DNA of 64,000 nt from Malacoraja senta (taxonomy: Eukaryota): the NCBI GenBank assembly GCA_038087875.1, contig CM075988.1, positions 930,001-994,000 on the forward strand, in the 5' to 3' direction. The notes beneath the pieces are model-generated. The model searched no databases. It had not been told where the DNA came from and was given only the letters and a program-made list of their open reading frames with translations. A program made the position numbers and the translations under genes. Positions within the stretch are counted from its first letter, which is position 1; each line of letters begins with the position of its first letter. This document shows positions 1 to 13,161 of the stretch, in pieces.

Positions 1-574
1 GCCCAAAAGGTCACGCAGTCCCAAGCGCCCCTGCAGGAGATCAACACCGATCTAAAATGGGGCTACCTTTTATTGGTCCTTGAGGGGTCAAACTACATAG
101 TTTCCCAAACAATCCAATCATACATATCAATTACACCAATACATTATTGACAGTTCCCCAACCCAATTACAGAGAATCTGAAACAATGTTTCTTACAGAA
201 GCTTCTGGAAGGAAGCTAGTCAATTGAATAATGCAACATTTACCCTGGAAGACAAAACAATTCTGCCAGGGCTTAACACTTTGGCCAATCAACAAACAGC
301 AGGGTAACTGTCTTGCAACATTATTTACATTATTTACAATTCCTTTGCAGCAATCCAATCAAACTCATGCATTTACAATACCTTGGAGTTCCCCTGCAAG
401 ATTCTGATACATGCTAATAATTACAAAGATACTTAGACCTTCCTTATCTAAGGTTCTGATCTGGGACCTAGACTTCCCGGCACCAGCTAGCAGGTTTTGT
501 CTTATACAGAAATACAGAAATGGCTAAAAGGCCTTGTGAATGCATGAATCTGCTTTATTTTGGCCAGGATTTAC

Positions 575-1070
575 AATTTTCCCTGGTCCTCTTTCACCCA
601 CCAGCCACCACATCCCACACATCATCCTCTGACATTTCCGTAACATGCAACGTGACCCCACCACTAATCACATCATCGCATCTTTATTCCTTTCCGCCTT
701 CTGCAGAGACTGCTCCCTCTGCAACTCCTTGGTTCACTCATCGCTTCCCGCTTAAACCACCCCCTCTCCAGGTACCTTCCCCTGCAACCGCAGGAAATGT
801 AACACCTGCCTTTATACCTCCTCTCTCACCTCCATCCAAGGACCCCAGCAGTCTTTGTAGGTGAGATAGACATTAACATGCACCTTCTCTATCCTTATCT
901 GCTGTTCCTGATGTGGCCTCCTGCACATCGGTGAGACCAAGCATAGATTCGCAGACTATTTCACTGAACACTTGCGGCCGGTCCGCCAATGCCTACAGAA
1001 TCTCCCGGTTGCCAACCACCTTAACTCCCCTTCTGATTCCCATGCTGACCTTTCTATCCTGGCCTGCCAC
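575..1070 (+). mobile_element. Penelope-like element fragment (degenerate GIY-YIG region)
   Basis: Reverse-complement similarity to the Penelope copies at 39600-40477 and 49040-50360. Confidence 0.7.
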
Positions 1071-2066
1071 CCAGGTCTTTGATAAGTCCTACACTGTGGG
1101 ATGGTCCAGAAGGTTTGATCATGGGTGAGCTCGCCAATTGGATCCAAAATTGTCTTGATGGCAGGAGACAGGATGGTTTTGCAATTGGAGGCCTGTCACC
1201 CGTTGAGCGGTGATTATGGAGAATATAAAATCATGAAGTTTATAAAATCATGAGGTGCATAGATAAGGTGGATGGTCACAGTCTTTTCCCGAGGGTAGAT
1301 AAGTCTAAAACTAGCGCGTTTAAGTTTAAGCTGAGAGGGGAAAAATTTTAAAGGGACACGAGGCAATTTTTTCCACAAATGGTGGTGGATGTATGGAACG
1401 AATTGCCAGATGCCCATTGATCTGGAATGATAGCTGGGCTGACAGTAGTCCGCTGTAAGACACTGCCATCAAGGCCGTTGAGGTGGTCATTGATGAAGAG
1501 TGACTGAGTAAACTGGACATGTACTTTCCAGCATTTTGAATGGTGCAAGCATATTTCACTGAAACCTAGCAAATTACAAGACTTGTCAGGCTCGATGTGG
1601 AAGAATGTTGCCCCTGGCTGAATGGTCTCGGTGCAGTGACAGAGCCACAGGTTAGGGCTTTTAGGACAGTGATGGGAAATATTTCATGGCAGAATTCTCA
1701 GCCATTAAAATTATTCAAAATGCAGATCTGACGGTATGCAGGGTGTGGAGCACTAGAGAATTGTGTTCAGGATGAAGCTCGATCGTGATCTCGACAAAGG
1801 CTGAACAGTCTATGTTTATGCAGCGCTGATTTAGTTCACTAATATCCTTTCATGAAGGAAATAAGTTACCCATTTTCAAGTTTTAGACGACAATGTATTC
1901 ATGTGGTGAACCTTGTGTGTAGTTGGATTAGATACCCCACAGCGATTCTCCAACACCTCCTCGACAGATAGTTCCGTATTCTACTGTAACTGAATGAATT
2001 ACACTTTTCCAAAACCACTTCTACACTATGCTGAAAATGTGGTCATTGCAACACTGTCTATTTCAG

Positions 2067-2205
2067 ATTATGAATGCAAGTGAAGAGCTGTCTCTGGCTT
2101 CCCATTATCCGTACATTCGTCTGTTCCAAGTGGGATTACATGAGTCGACTGAAGAACTAATTGATCTGGCGTATATTGCAGTGCAGTGGTCAGCTCCCAC
2201 CGCAG
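2067..2205 (+). CDS. SIAE: Sialate O-acetylesterase, internal coding exon (first in window)
   Basis: tttcag|ATT...GCAG|gtaac, 139 nt; IMNASEELSLASHYPYIRLFQVGLHESTEELIDLAYIAVQWSAPTA resembles vertebrate SIAE (recalled, not searched). Confidence 0.9.
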
Positions 2206-2489
2206 GTAACAGCAGATTAATAAAGTATTTATTATTATTATTATTATTTCCCAGGGCAGGACACCTGCATATCCTCCACCGAGTTACACAAAACCTATTT
2301 CCAATAGGTTTGCTTTCATTAAAATACATATAAAAAATAGAAAGGGTAAAGAAAAGATTTCACAAGGGTGTTACCAGGACTGGAGGGTTTGAGTTGCAAG
2401 GATTGATATTTGGATTGACTAGGACTGTTTTCATAAGTTATATGAGCAGAATTAGGCCATTTGGCCCATCACATTTACACCGCCATTCA

Positions 2490-2850
2490 ATACGATATGA
2501 TAGGACTTTATTTATCCCAGGAGGGAAATTGATCTGCCAACAGTTAGAAAGCACAAAATACATGAAACATGAAATTAAAGTGATGAATGGAAAGGATTGA
2601 GGATGTGCAAAGATTGGGATGGGGGGGTGGGGGGGGGGGTCAGTCTACCACACGACAAAAGGGGGAGAAGTTGTACAGTTGATAACCATGGTGAAGGATC
2701 TACTGTGGCGTTCTGTACTGCATTTTGGTGGAACAGTCTGTTGCTGAAGGTGCTCCTCAGGTTGACCAGTGTGTCATGGAGGGGGTGAGCTGTATTGTCC
2801 AAGATGCTCCGCAGTTTGAGGAGCATCCTCCCCTCCAGAACCACCCCCCA
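2490..2850 (-). mobile_element. Rex1/Babar LINE 3' fragment
   Basis: ILDNTAHPLH...STFSNRL C-terminal motif; 3' end AATTTCCCTCCTGGGATAAATAAAG plus short repeat tail; interrupts a CR1 3' end. Confidence 0.7.
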
Positions 2851-3821
2851 TGAATCATGGCTGATCTATCTTTTTCTTGTGACCCCATTCTCCTACCTTT
2901 TCCCTATAACCCCTGTCACCTGTACTGTTCCCTGGAGCGCAGGTGAGAGCTTAAAGAGGTATATAAAATGGGCATAGATAATGTGGATGTTCACAGTCAT
3001 TTTCCCAGAGTAGGGGAGTCTTAAACTAGAGCACATAGAGTTAAGGTGAGAGAGGAAAGATATAAAAGGGACCTGAGGCACTTTTTTCCAAACAGAGAGT
3101 ATATGGTACAAACTGCCAGAACAAGCTGTTGTCGCAGTAACAATTACAATGTTTAAAAGACATTCAGACAGCTACAGGGATAGAATATGTTTAAAGCAAT
3201 ATAGACCAAACACAGGCAAATGGGATTAGAAGTCTTGGATGGCCTGGGCAAGTTGGGCCAAAGGGCCTGTTTCTATGCTGTTGACTCTCGAACTATGATT
3301 CTAAATGGGCAAAATTGAAAAGCTGTTATTAAAGGAAGCCTTGTTGTTAACGATCGGAATGAAGATAGAAGAGAGGAAGTCATCTCTGCAGGAAAGACGT
3401 GAAATTACTTTGGGTGGAGCTTCTAAGCAGCAAGGAGCAGAAAATGAGTTGCCTTCCGGCACTTAAACAGTGGTGATGATGCATGACATAATATCACACG
3501 GAATACAACTTTCATGGGCCCTGTAATCTGTGCATGGACTGAGCAAAGGGAATCAGCTGCAACAGTTCAGAGGGAACACTTGTTTGGAATCTTTAAAGTG
3601 CAGTCAGAGAATTTCAAGGTGAAACGCAAGTGCCTTAAAAACGAATCAAAGGAAGTAAACAAGTGATTCCTGACATTTCACAAGTACACTGTTAATGATG
3701 TACCTCCTCAATGTCAATTGTGGTTCAAAATAGCAAAGAATCGTTTAAAAATTGGTGAGTCAGGTAGACAGGGTAGTGAAGAAGGTGTTTGACATGTTTT
3801 TATTGGGAAGAGTATTGAGTA

Positions 3822-4652
3822 ATCCGGAAGTGGCGGCGCCTAACGGCAGCGGCTCGACTGCAGTCCGTCTGTCTTTTTAAAAAAAATGTGTCTACTTAAA
3901 TGTAGTTGTTTGTGTTTTTTTATATTGTTTTTAACTGTATATGTGGGGGGGGCGGGGGAAACTTAAAAAAATCTCTTCCCTGTATGGAGGACCCGACTCC
4001 GTTGTCGTTGGGGCCTAGCACCGTGGAGCGGCCTCCAACCGGAACGACCTGGGGCTCCAGTCGCGGAGCCTGCGGACTACTCACCATCGTGGAGCTGGCC
4101 GAGTTCGGAGCGTGGAGAGCTATGGTGACGCGCGGCTGTGACCCGACCCCGGAGATTCGGAGGCTCCAGCCGCAGGTGTGGTGGACGGTAACATCGGGAG
4201 CTCGCGGGTCCCTGGTGGGAGACCGCTTTTCGGGGCTTCCGCAACGGCAACTTCTCCCGCCCGAGTTGCGGGGTTGAAGATGACCTGGAGCTGGGTCTAA
4301 CATCGCCCGGCGCGGCTTTAATGGCCGCGGGACTTGCTAGCGCTACCGGGGGCTCCAACATCCAGACCCGGAGGGCGGCCTTGCATCGCCCGGCGCGTCT
4401 TTAATGGTCGCGAGACATTTTCCATCGCCCGCCGGGGGCTCTGACTCTGACATCGGGAGGAGAATGGGGAGTGCTGGGGAGAGATAAGACTTTGCCTTCC
4501 ATCACAGCAAGGAGGAGATACGCTGTGATGGATGTTTGTGTAAATTGTGTTGTGTCTTGGTTCTTTTTACTTGTTTGTATGACTGCAGAAACCAAATTCC
4601 GTTTGAACCTCATTTGAGGTTCAAATGACAATAAATGGTATTGTATTGTATT
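3822..4652 (+). mobile_element. Non-autonomous GC-rich retroposon (~830 bp)
   Basis: 10-bp TSD GTATTGAGTA (3812-3821, 4653-4662); TGACAATAAA plus (GTATT)n tail; inserted in an old CR1. Confidence 0.75.
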
Positions 4653-4662
4653 GTATTGAGTA

Positions 4663-6970
4663 CAGATGTTGTGCAGGTCATTGGTGAGGCCAATTGGATT
4701 AAAAATTACCTTGGAGGAAGGAGTCCAAGGTAGTTGTGGAGGGTTGTATTTCTGATTGGAGGCCTGTGACCAAGGAAGTACTACAGGGGCCAGTGCTGGG
4801 TCCACTGTTGTTTTTGGTTGACAATTTAGTTAATGTTAATAAATTTGCAGATGACATGCAAAATTGGTGGTCTAGGTAACAGTGTGAAAGGATATTTAAG
4901 TTTAGAATAAGATGGAGATCCATTGGGAAGATGGTCCATGGAATGGCAAATGGAATTTAACTCTTGACAAGTATGAGGTGTGCACATTGGTATGTCAAAC
5001 CAGGACAGCACTTGCACAGTAAATGGACATCATGATGCATCTAGAGTATTCTGAGGGATAGATTATACAGGCATTTGCATGGGCAAGGGCTGATTAGGGA
5101 TAGTCAGCATGGTTTTGTATATAGAAACATAGAAAATAGGTGCAGGAGGAGGCCATTCGGCCCTTTGAGTCAGCACCGCCATTCACTGTGATCATGGCTG
5201 ATCGTCTCCTATCAATAACCCGTGCCTGCCTTCTCCCCATATCCCTTGACTCCACTAGCCCCTAGAGCTCTATCTAACTCTTCTCTTAAATCCATCCAGT
5301 GACTTGGCCTCCACCGCCCTCTGTGGCAGGGAATTCCATAAATTTACAACTGGGTGAAAAAGTTTTTTCTCACCTCAGTCATAAATGACCTCCCCTTTAT
5401 TCTAAGACTGTGGCCCCTGGTTCTGGACTTGCCCCACATTGGGAACATTTTTTCTGCATCTAGCTTGTGCAGTCCTTTTATAATTTTATATGTTTCTATA
5501 AGATAACCCCTCATCCTTCTAAACTCCAGTGAATACAAGCCTAGTCTTTTCAATCTTTCCTCATATGACAGTTCCGCCATCCCAGGGATCAATCTCGTGA
5601 ACCTACGCTACACTGCCTCAATCACAATATATGTGATTGATATATGGGAGGTCATGTCTCATGAATCTGAGTTTTTTGAAGACTTAGAACAAAGACATAG
5701 AAAATTGGTGCAGGAGTAGGCCATTTGGCCCTTCGAGCCTGCACCGCCATTCAATATGATCATGGCTGACGTGACCAAAAAGGTCAATAAGGGCAGAGCT
5801 GTAGATGTTACATACATGGATTTCAGTAAGACATTCAACAAGGTTCTGCATGGTACGCTGCTGTGGAAGGTTAGATCGCATGGGATCCAAGGAGAGGTAG
5901 CTGAATTGTGATGGTGGAAGGTTGCTTCCATTGACTATAGAAGGTGGGAGGTCATGTTGCAGTTGTATAAGACGTTGATGAGACCGCATTTAGAGTATGG
6001 TGTTCAGTTCTTGGCACCATGTTATAGGAACGATATTGTCAAGCTTGAAACGATTCAGAGAAGATTTACGAGGATGTTGCCAAGACTAGAGGGTCTGAGC
6101 TATAGGGAGAGGTTGAGTAGGCTGGGTCTCTATTCCTTGGAGCGCAGGAGGATGAGGGGGATCTTATAGAGGTGTATAAGATCATGAGAGCAACAGATCG
6201 GGTAGATGCACAGAGTCCCTTGCCCAGAGTAGGGGAATCGAGGACCAGAGGACATATTCAAGGTGAAGGGGAAAAGATTTAATAGGAATCTGAGGGGTAA
6301 CTTTTTCACAGAAAGTGTGGTGGGTGTATGGAACAAGCTGCCAGTGTAGTTAGTTGAGGCTGGGACTATCCCAATGTTTAAGAAATAGTTAGACAGGTAC
6401 ATGGATAGGACAGGTTTGGAGGGATATGGACCAAGCGCAGACAGGTGGGACCAGTTGGGCCGAAGGGCCTGTTTCCACACTGTATCATTCTGACTATCTG
6501 TATGTCTTTGATCCCAGGAATGAGTAGATTAACATATGATGAGCGTTAGACGACACTCAGCCTGTACTCCCTGGAGTTTAGAAGAATGAGGGGGCACCTC
6601 ATTGAAACATACAGAGTAGTTAAAGGCTTGGATACAATCGATGTGTAGAGGATGTGTTTCCACTAGTGGGAGAGTCTAGGACTAGAGGTCATAGCCTCAG
6701 AATTAAAGGATGTTCTTTTAGGAGTGAGATTCGGAGGAATTTATGTTGTTAGAGGGTGGCGAATCTGTGGGATTTTTGCCACAGATGGCTGTGGAGGCCG
6801 GGTCAGTGGATATATTTAACGCAGAGATAGATAGATTCTTGATTAGTACGGGTGTCAGAGGTTATGGGGAGAAGGCAGGTGAATGGGATTAGGAGGGAGA
6901 GATAGATCAGCCATGATTGAATGACAGAGTAGACTTAATGGGCTGAATGGCCTAATTCTGCTCCTATTAC
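4663..6970 (+). mobile_element. Cluster of older degraded CR1 ORF2/3' fragments
   Basis: RPHLEYGVQF and LYSLERRRMRG motifs; CR1 3' tail GGGCCGAAGGGCCTGTTT. Confidence 0.8.
5122..5626 (-). mobile_element. CR1 family A, 5'-truncated
   Basis: (TTTCTATG)n tail; IPGMAELSYEERLKRLGLYSLEFRR. Confidence 0.9.
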
Positions 6971-7201
6971 ATGATCTTATGATCTTTGAATGAGACTACA
7001 TGTGGAGGACTTTGGTCGTGCAGTTCTGGTCCCCCATCTATAGGAAAGATGTACACAGAAGATAGACACAATATGCTGTAGTAACTCAGCAGGAGAGCCA
7101 GCATCTCTAGATAGAAGGAATGGGTGACATTTTGATCGGGTAAGGACCCTTCTTCAGACTGAGAATCAGGCGGGAGAGGGAGAGACAGATATGGAAGGGT
7201 A

Positions 7202-7643
7202 AGGGCCTGTCCCACGAGCATGCGGCAAGTGCGACCAAACCAGAAGCGGGGACCGCGCGGAGGTCGAGCGGAGGTCGAGTGATCCCCATACAGGGCCGGT
7301 CCCACCAGCATGCGACTGCATGCGGCGAGCGCGACCAAACCGGAAGTGGGGGGCCACGCGGAGGTCGAGTGAGTGACGTGAAGTTCGAGCGAAGTCCGCG
7401 GGAAGTTCGCGCGTGACGTACGGCGTCAAGAAGCTGCGTACGGCGTCGAGGCGGGCCTGCAGGCCGTTGCCGCGCGGAATTTTTGAGATTTTCAGAGCCC
7501 CGCGCGATGTCGGGACCAGCCCCGCACAACTCCATACGGCTCCGGCGATCGAAGTGGGACCGGCCCCGCGAGACCGTACGGCTCAAGCGACCACATTAGG
7601 TCGCGCTTGCCGCATGCAGTCGCATGCTCATGGGACAGGCCCT
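7202..7643. mobile_element. PIF/Harbinger-type MITE
   Basis: TIR AGGGCCTGTCCCA; 3-bp TSD GTA (7199-7201, 7644-7646); inserted in a Penelope-like fragment. Confidence 0.8.
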
Positions 7644-8507
7644 GTAAGGTGTGAAACCGGGAGATCAAAGGGGACATAGATCAAGGACAATGTAGAATAG
7701 ATCATTGTTAGCTTGGGGAAGGTGATAACGAGGCATGTCAAGATAAATTTCAGTGAGGAGGACAGTCAGACTGGTTGGAGAACTAGGATGGGCGAGAGAT
7801 GGAGATAGAGGGAAAGGAAGGGTTATTTGAAGATAGAGAAATCAATATCCATGCTGCTGGGTTGTAAGCTGCCCAAGGAAAGAGATTATTAAGTTGGAAA
7901 CATGCAGTAGAGATTCAAAATTGGCTTGGAGGAAGGAGTCAAAGGGTAGCTGTGGAGGGTTAGCCAGGATGTTATCTTGCAGACGAGGTATGGGGAAATG
8001 CTGGATACGCAGGGAGGTTTTGCTTTGGAGTGGAGGAGGCTGAGGGGGGAGCTTACTGAGGTGTACAGAATGATGAGGGCCGTAGATAAAGTGAATGCTT
8101 TAGATATAATGACAGCTTTTAAATGGTATTTTGACAGTATATGGAGGGGAAGTGTTTTTAGAGGACTGCAGGCAATTGGGACTAAATCAGTATGCAAATA
8201 ATTAACATGGACAAGGGCGGGCCGAAGGGCCTGTTCCTGTGATGTACAGCTTGATGGCTATGTCTCTCATAATGTTTCATACCTCTGTTATGTCATCTCT
8301 CGGCATCCTTCACTCCAGGGAATTCAGACCTGCCTATCCAATGTCTCCCGATAACTCAAGCCCCCTAATCCAGGCAACAACTTTGTGAATCGTATCTCCA
8401 TCTTCTCAATTCATCTTTCCTGCACTGATGTGACCAGACCGCACACAATATTCCCATGCAGTCTAACCAATGTTTTATACAATTGCAACAAATCAAACAA
8501 CTCTTGT

Positions 8508-8637
8508 TTAAGAAGGAACTGCAGATGCTGGAAAATCGAAGGTAGACAAAAATGCTGGAGAAACTCAGCGGGTGAGGCAGCATCTATGGAGCGAAGGAAA
8601 TAGGCAACGTTTCGGGTCGAAACCCTTCTTCAGAAAT
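8508..8637 (-). mobile_element. Short Penelope terminal-repeat insertion
   Basis: 9-bp TSD AACTCTTGT (8499-8507, 8638-8646); matches the end of the PLE at 37287-40477. Confidence 0.8.
8603..8633 (-). ncRNA. Putative minimal type I hammerhead ribozyme
   Basis: Minus strand CUGAAGA-A-GGGU(UUCG)ACCC-GAAA-C-GUU; 5' arm of stem I truncated. Confidence 0.6.
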
Positions 8638-9874
8638 AACTCTTGTACTCAATATGTTCAGCCAATGAAGGGAACTGTGCCATCTACCATCTATTAACTG
8701 TGATACCACTTCCCGGGAACTCTGAGGATGCTTTGATCATGAACACCCTGTCATTCACTACGTATGATCTGACCTGATCTAACTTCCCAAAACGCATCAC
8801 CTCATATTTCGAGTCATAGTCCAGCATTGAAATGGGCCATTCAGCCCAACTAGTTCATGCTGACCAGTGTGCAGCCTTCATATTAATTTCATCTCCCAGC
8901 ACTTGGTTGATAACCCTCTAGCTGCCTTCGTCTAAGGGAATGAGGTGCTCCTCTGGACACATGTTAAATGTTGCTAGCGACTCGGCTTCCACCACTCTCT
9001 CAGGTAGCACGTTCCAGGTACTCGCCACTCTCTGGGTAAAGAAGATCCCCTTCAGATCGCCTCAATCGCTTCCATGTTACGCTAAATCTACATCCTCTAA
9101 TCCTATCTACCACTGATAGATGGGAGAGTTTCCTGCAGTCTACCCATCACAATGTTATAAACCTCAGTCATGTCTGCCCTCACCCACTTTCATTCGGGGG
9201 AAGAACAGACCCAACCCCTCCAGTCTTTATTCATGTGAACTGCTCCACCCCAGCAACAATGTAGAAACAAAGAACTGCAGAGAAAAATAAGCACAAAGTG
9301 CTGGAGTAACTCAGCAGGTCCTTTTTCTCCAGAAATGCAGCCTGACCCGCTGAGTTACTCCAGCACTTTGCATATCTGGTGAATCTCCTTTGCACCATCT
9401 GCAGCATCACATCCTTCCTGTACCTTGCATGCAGTACAGGAGTTGAGCTCTGACCAGGGTTATATGAGGTTCGAGCATTACCTACCTACTTACGTATTGA
9501 AGGCCCTGATGAATGAAGGCCAGTAGCCCAAATGTCTTCCTAACCACCTTCAAAGATCTATGGACTTTTACTTCAAGATCTTTCTGTTCTTAATACACTC
9601 TCAGACTCCATCCTCCATGGTATATACCATGCTCCCAAAAGGCATCACCATATTTGTATGGATTAAACTCCATCTGCCATTTCTCAGCCCATTTCACAAA
9701 CATATTGAATTCTGCTACCTTAAATTATTCTCCACATGATCAACAATTCTGACAGAGGAAACAAAATGGGTCACTAAATGTAACAGATTTCTATTTCTAA
9801 ACCAACTTCGGTATCATAAGCCTTACATGATATTTGCCTTCTTAATGACTTCCTGTGCCTGCTTGCTCACTTTG

Positions 9875-11768
9875 TGTGTAATACACAACAGCAGCTTCTG
9901 TACCCACTCATTTGCAATCTCCATTTACATAATAGGGAGGTTGCACGTAAGGTCCTCAGGTCAAAGGGCATGACGCACGGAGTAGCTCAATCCTTCTGGA
10001 GTACAAGGCAGCTTCCGGCATACACTAGTAACATGCAACACGTACATTCCTACCTGTTAAAAACCGCCAAAATTGTGGAAATAGGCGTAACCGTGAGAGC
10101 AAACCGCCAAAATCACTGCTGCTCACTGACTTGCGAAAGAGCAGCGTGCCGGCGGATTGACGGCAAGTCCCGGCCCACGACTGCCCGAGGCTGGAGGGTG
10201 ACTGAGCGCTCTGAACCCGAGCACCAAGGTGTAAGCGGCTGAAGGAGTGGATCCCTCGGGTCAGCCCCCACTCTCCCCCCGGGGTCAGCGCTGTCCGACT
10301 ACGGCCACGGCCACCCTCTGCAAACAAAAGCTTGAGTTCTCCACATCATCAAAAAACATGGAGCCCCCTTCTACAAACAATCATCACTCTTTATACTATT
10401 TTCACATTCGCATCTCCCACCTCTGTTATCTCCATATCCAATCATTTGCCAGCATTCCCTTATTTACAGCCAATCACTTGCTTCCTCTTATGCCCCTCTT
10501 ATCAGTACTTTTCCACAATAACCACAGTCATAAGTCACATGACTCCCCTTTATGGCCCCTTGCTAGCCTCGTGGCTTCTTCTTTTGTTCTGAAATGCTTT
10601 ATTTTAACCACGTGAAATCCAAGGAAAAGTGGTCTTATTCACAAAGATCGCTCCTCAAAATAAGCTACATGTGATTCAGTGGTTTCCCAATTGATATATA
10701 TAAGACCTTGTTCCCATTAAACCTATAATCTTGGGAAAGAATGTAACTTCTTAAACTACAGATCCAAACACAAAGATCTAATGTAAAATAAAACTACAAT
10801 ATTTCCCTAATTAAAATACACTATATTTCCCAGATGACCTTCTTTATACATCATCTTTAAACTAGCATTATCTTACGTTATAAATTTTAAAGTATGAATG
10901 TACTCTATCTCTGCAAACATACCTTCTATTTTGCCAGCATAGCAAGGGTCATAAAACTCTCCCAGGTGACAAACGATAATGGTGCTTTGGCCATCTCGCA
11001 CTCCCTCCCCCTTTCTTGTTATCTCAAGGGGGATGGCATTCCAACCCCATCCTTGGGCCTCTTCTTGGGCCTCTTTACGACTTTGCTGTCATACTGACAA
11101 CATTATCTAAGGATTGTCACATTTCCAGCCCCACTATTCTTTCTCAACATCTTAGTCCCCTCAGTTCATATAAACATCATAAATCCAACATACAAAGGTC
11201 ACATACCCCCCACCCAACATTATCTAAATGTAAACAATTGCCAGTCGTAAATGCTAAGCCCTTTGTATTGCAGAATGTCTACTGAGAAAAAGCATGTGGT
11301 CTGTGACTGACCAAATGGCCTGTAACCTGAGAACGGCCACACTTCTTAAACTACTTGTAAATACAGATTATATAAGATACATTTAATACAGAAAATAATA
11401 TCTACTATATATCCCCCCTCTGAGACTTCTTAAGTCTCATAGAAAAAGAACACCACAAGCTCCACATCTTGGTTGTCAAATTAAACTACGACCAATTTCA
11501 GGGACCTTAAATTTGTAATGCTCAGTTTTATAGTGTTCTTTCTCTAAAAACCTGGATATCTGGGCCAAAAGCCCACCCCCATTATACTAGGGTGGGGAAA
11601 AAGACCCAGTTCTCCGCACAATCTATATTTCAATATCTCTCTGGCATGTTCTACCCATCATCATCATAGTATTCTATCGTTGGTATCTGCTTCTTAAGGG
11701 GAACGTCTTCACCTTCATCCCTGAGCACCAAAAGCTGCTTGGTAGTAACTCTCTGCATTTTTTTGCCT
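9875..11768 (-). mobile_element. Probable LTR-element/ERV remnant (env-tail-like peptide, PPT, long LTR-like segment)
   Basis: Minus strand: MQRVTTKQLLVLRDEGEDVPLKKQIPTIEYYDDDG*, purine tract AGAGGGGGGA (11421-11412), TATATAT near 10700, AATAAA near 10600; interrupts an old CR1. Confidence 0.4.
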
Positions 11769-12369
11769 TTTGTATTTCTGGTGCATTTGAGTTTTCAGAA
11801 AGCTTTCTTAAAAGTTCCACACTGGAGGTTGGTCAACTAGATTTTAGCATATTTTACTTTCTTAATCTACTGGTAGTCTTCTGGTGAGTTTTCAAAAAGT
11901 TCTCAATGACTCTACTCTCTCTGCAGCCACTTCCATCGAGACCCTTTAATGCAAGTCCTTGGGTCCTGGTGACCTGTTTACCTTGTGCCTCGTGATAGTT
12001 CTTCCATATTATTTAAAACTAGTCTGTCTTTGACTGTATCTTTGAGGGTGTTTGCAGTGTACTATACCATGACGCCTGGTTGCTTTGCATTATCTGCCAT
12101 TTCCTTGTCTCCAGCCCCTCCCCCCAGGAGTCCCGCACACCTCAGCTATCCTCTTCCTCGTAGGTCTTTCATTTGTTACCAGTTTGCTCTCATAAACAGT
12201 GAAATCAAGCCATACTGCAGATGCTGGAAATCTAAAATAAGAACAGAAAATGTTGGAAATATTCAGCAGGTGGGGAAGAGAAACAGTTAACATTGCAGGT
12301 CACAATAAATCTGTTTCCCTTCCCACAGGTGCAGCGTGACCGGCTGAGAATGTCCAGCATTGCCCATGT

Positions 12370-12665
12370 TTTAGTTTGGTTTCCAGATATAGCCTGGACA
12401 CAGACCCTTTCGCCCACCGATTCCAGCGACCATCGATCACCCGTTCACACTTGTCCAATGTTATCCCACTTATGCACTCGAGGAAATTTACAGAGGCCAA
12501 TTCATCACACGTCTTTGGGATATAGGAGGAAAGCAGAGTACCTGGAGGAAACCCACGTGGTCACAGGGAGAATGTGCAAACCACAGTATAGACAGTACCT
12601 GAGGTCAGGATTAAACATGGGTCTCTGGCACTGTGAGACGGCAGATCTACAAGCTGCACCACCCG
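12370..12665 (-). mobile_element. HE1-like tRNA-derived SINE (degenerate)
   Basis: Similar to the copy at 33860-34165. Confidence 0.7.
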
Positions 12666-12989
12666 TTATCATCTGATTTCCTTCCTCCTCCTTAGCGTTT
12701 TAGTCTCCTGCTTTAGATTTTTTTTAAATCCTTGCTTGGTCTCTTCGTTCTTAAGGAGTTTCTCGAGTTCTTAATTTAAATGTTTTTCTTGACCACCTGT
12801 GACCATGGATGATTCATCTTTTCCATTGAGTCCCTCTTCCAATTGGGATATACCTCTGCTGGGAGCTGCTGAAATATCTGCGACTGCTCATCCATTGACC
12901 TTTCTCTGAGAGTTTTTTCTATCATTTCACCTCATCTTGCTAAGAAAGGTCGTTTTGTTGGCTGATTGTCATTATTTATTGAATCATAG

Positions 12990-13161
12990 AAATTCTTGGC
13001 AAAGGCAATTTCACCTCATTCTCAGCCGTCTGCTGGTTGTTTGGCCGCTATCTCTATGAAAAGCTGAAGTACCCTATTGGATTGGTCGAATCGTGCTGGG
13101 GGGGCACTACCATTGAGGCTTGGTCTTCAAAAAGAGTCCTCCACAAATGTGGACTTAATGG
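12990..13161 (+). CDS. SIAE: SIAE coding exon
   Basis: atcatag|AA...AATGG|gtaag, 172 nt, phase 1 to 2; EILGKGNFTSFSAVCWLFGRYLYEKLKYPIGLVESCWGGTTIEAWSS, the SAVCW..G and PIGL...WGGT.IEAW motifs of SIAE. Confidence 0.95.

Noticed and set aside
1..560. Unassigned LTR-like sequence at the window start
   Set aside because: Truncated by the window edge; no diagnostic motif
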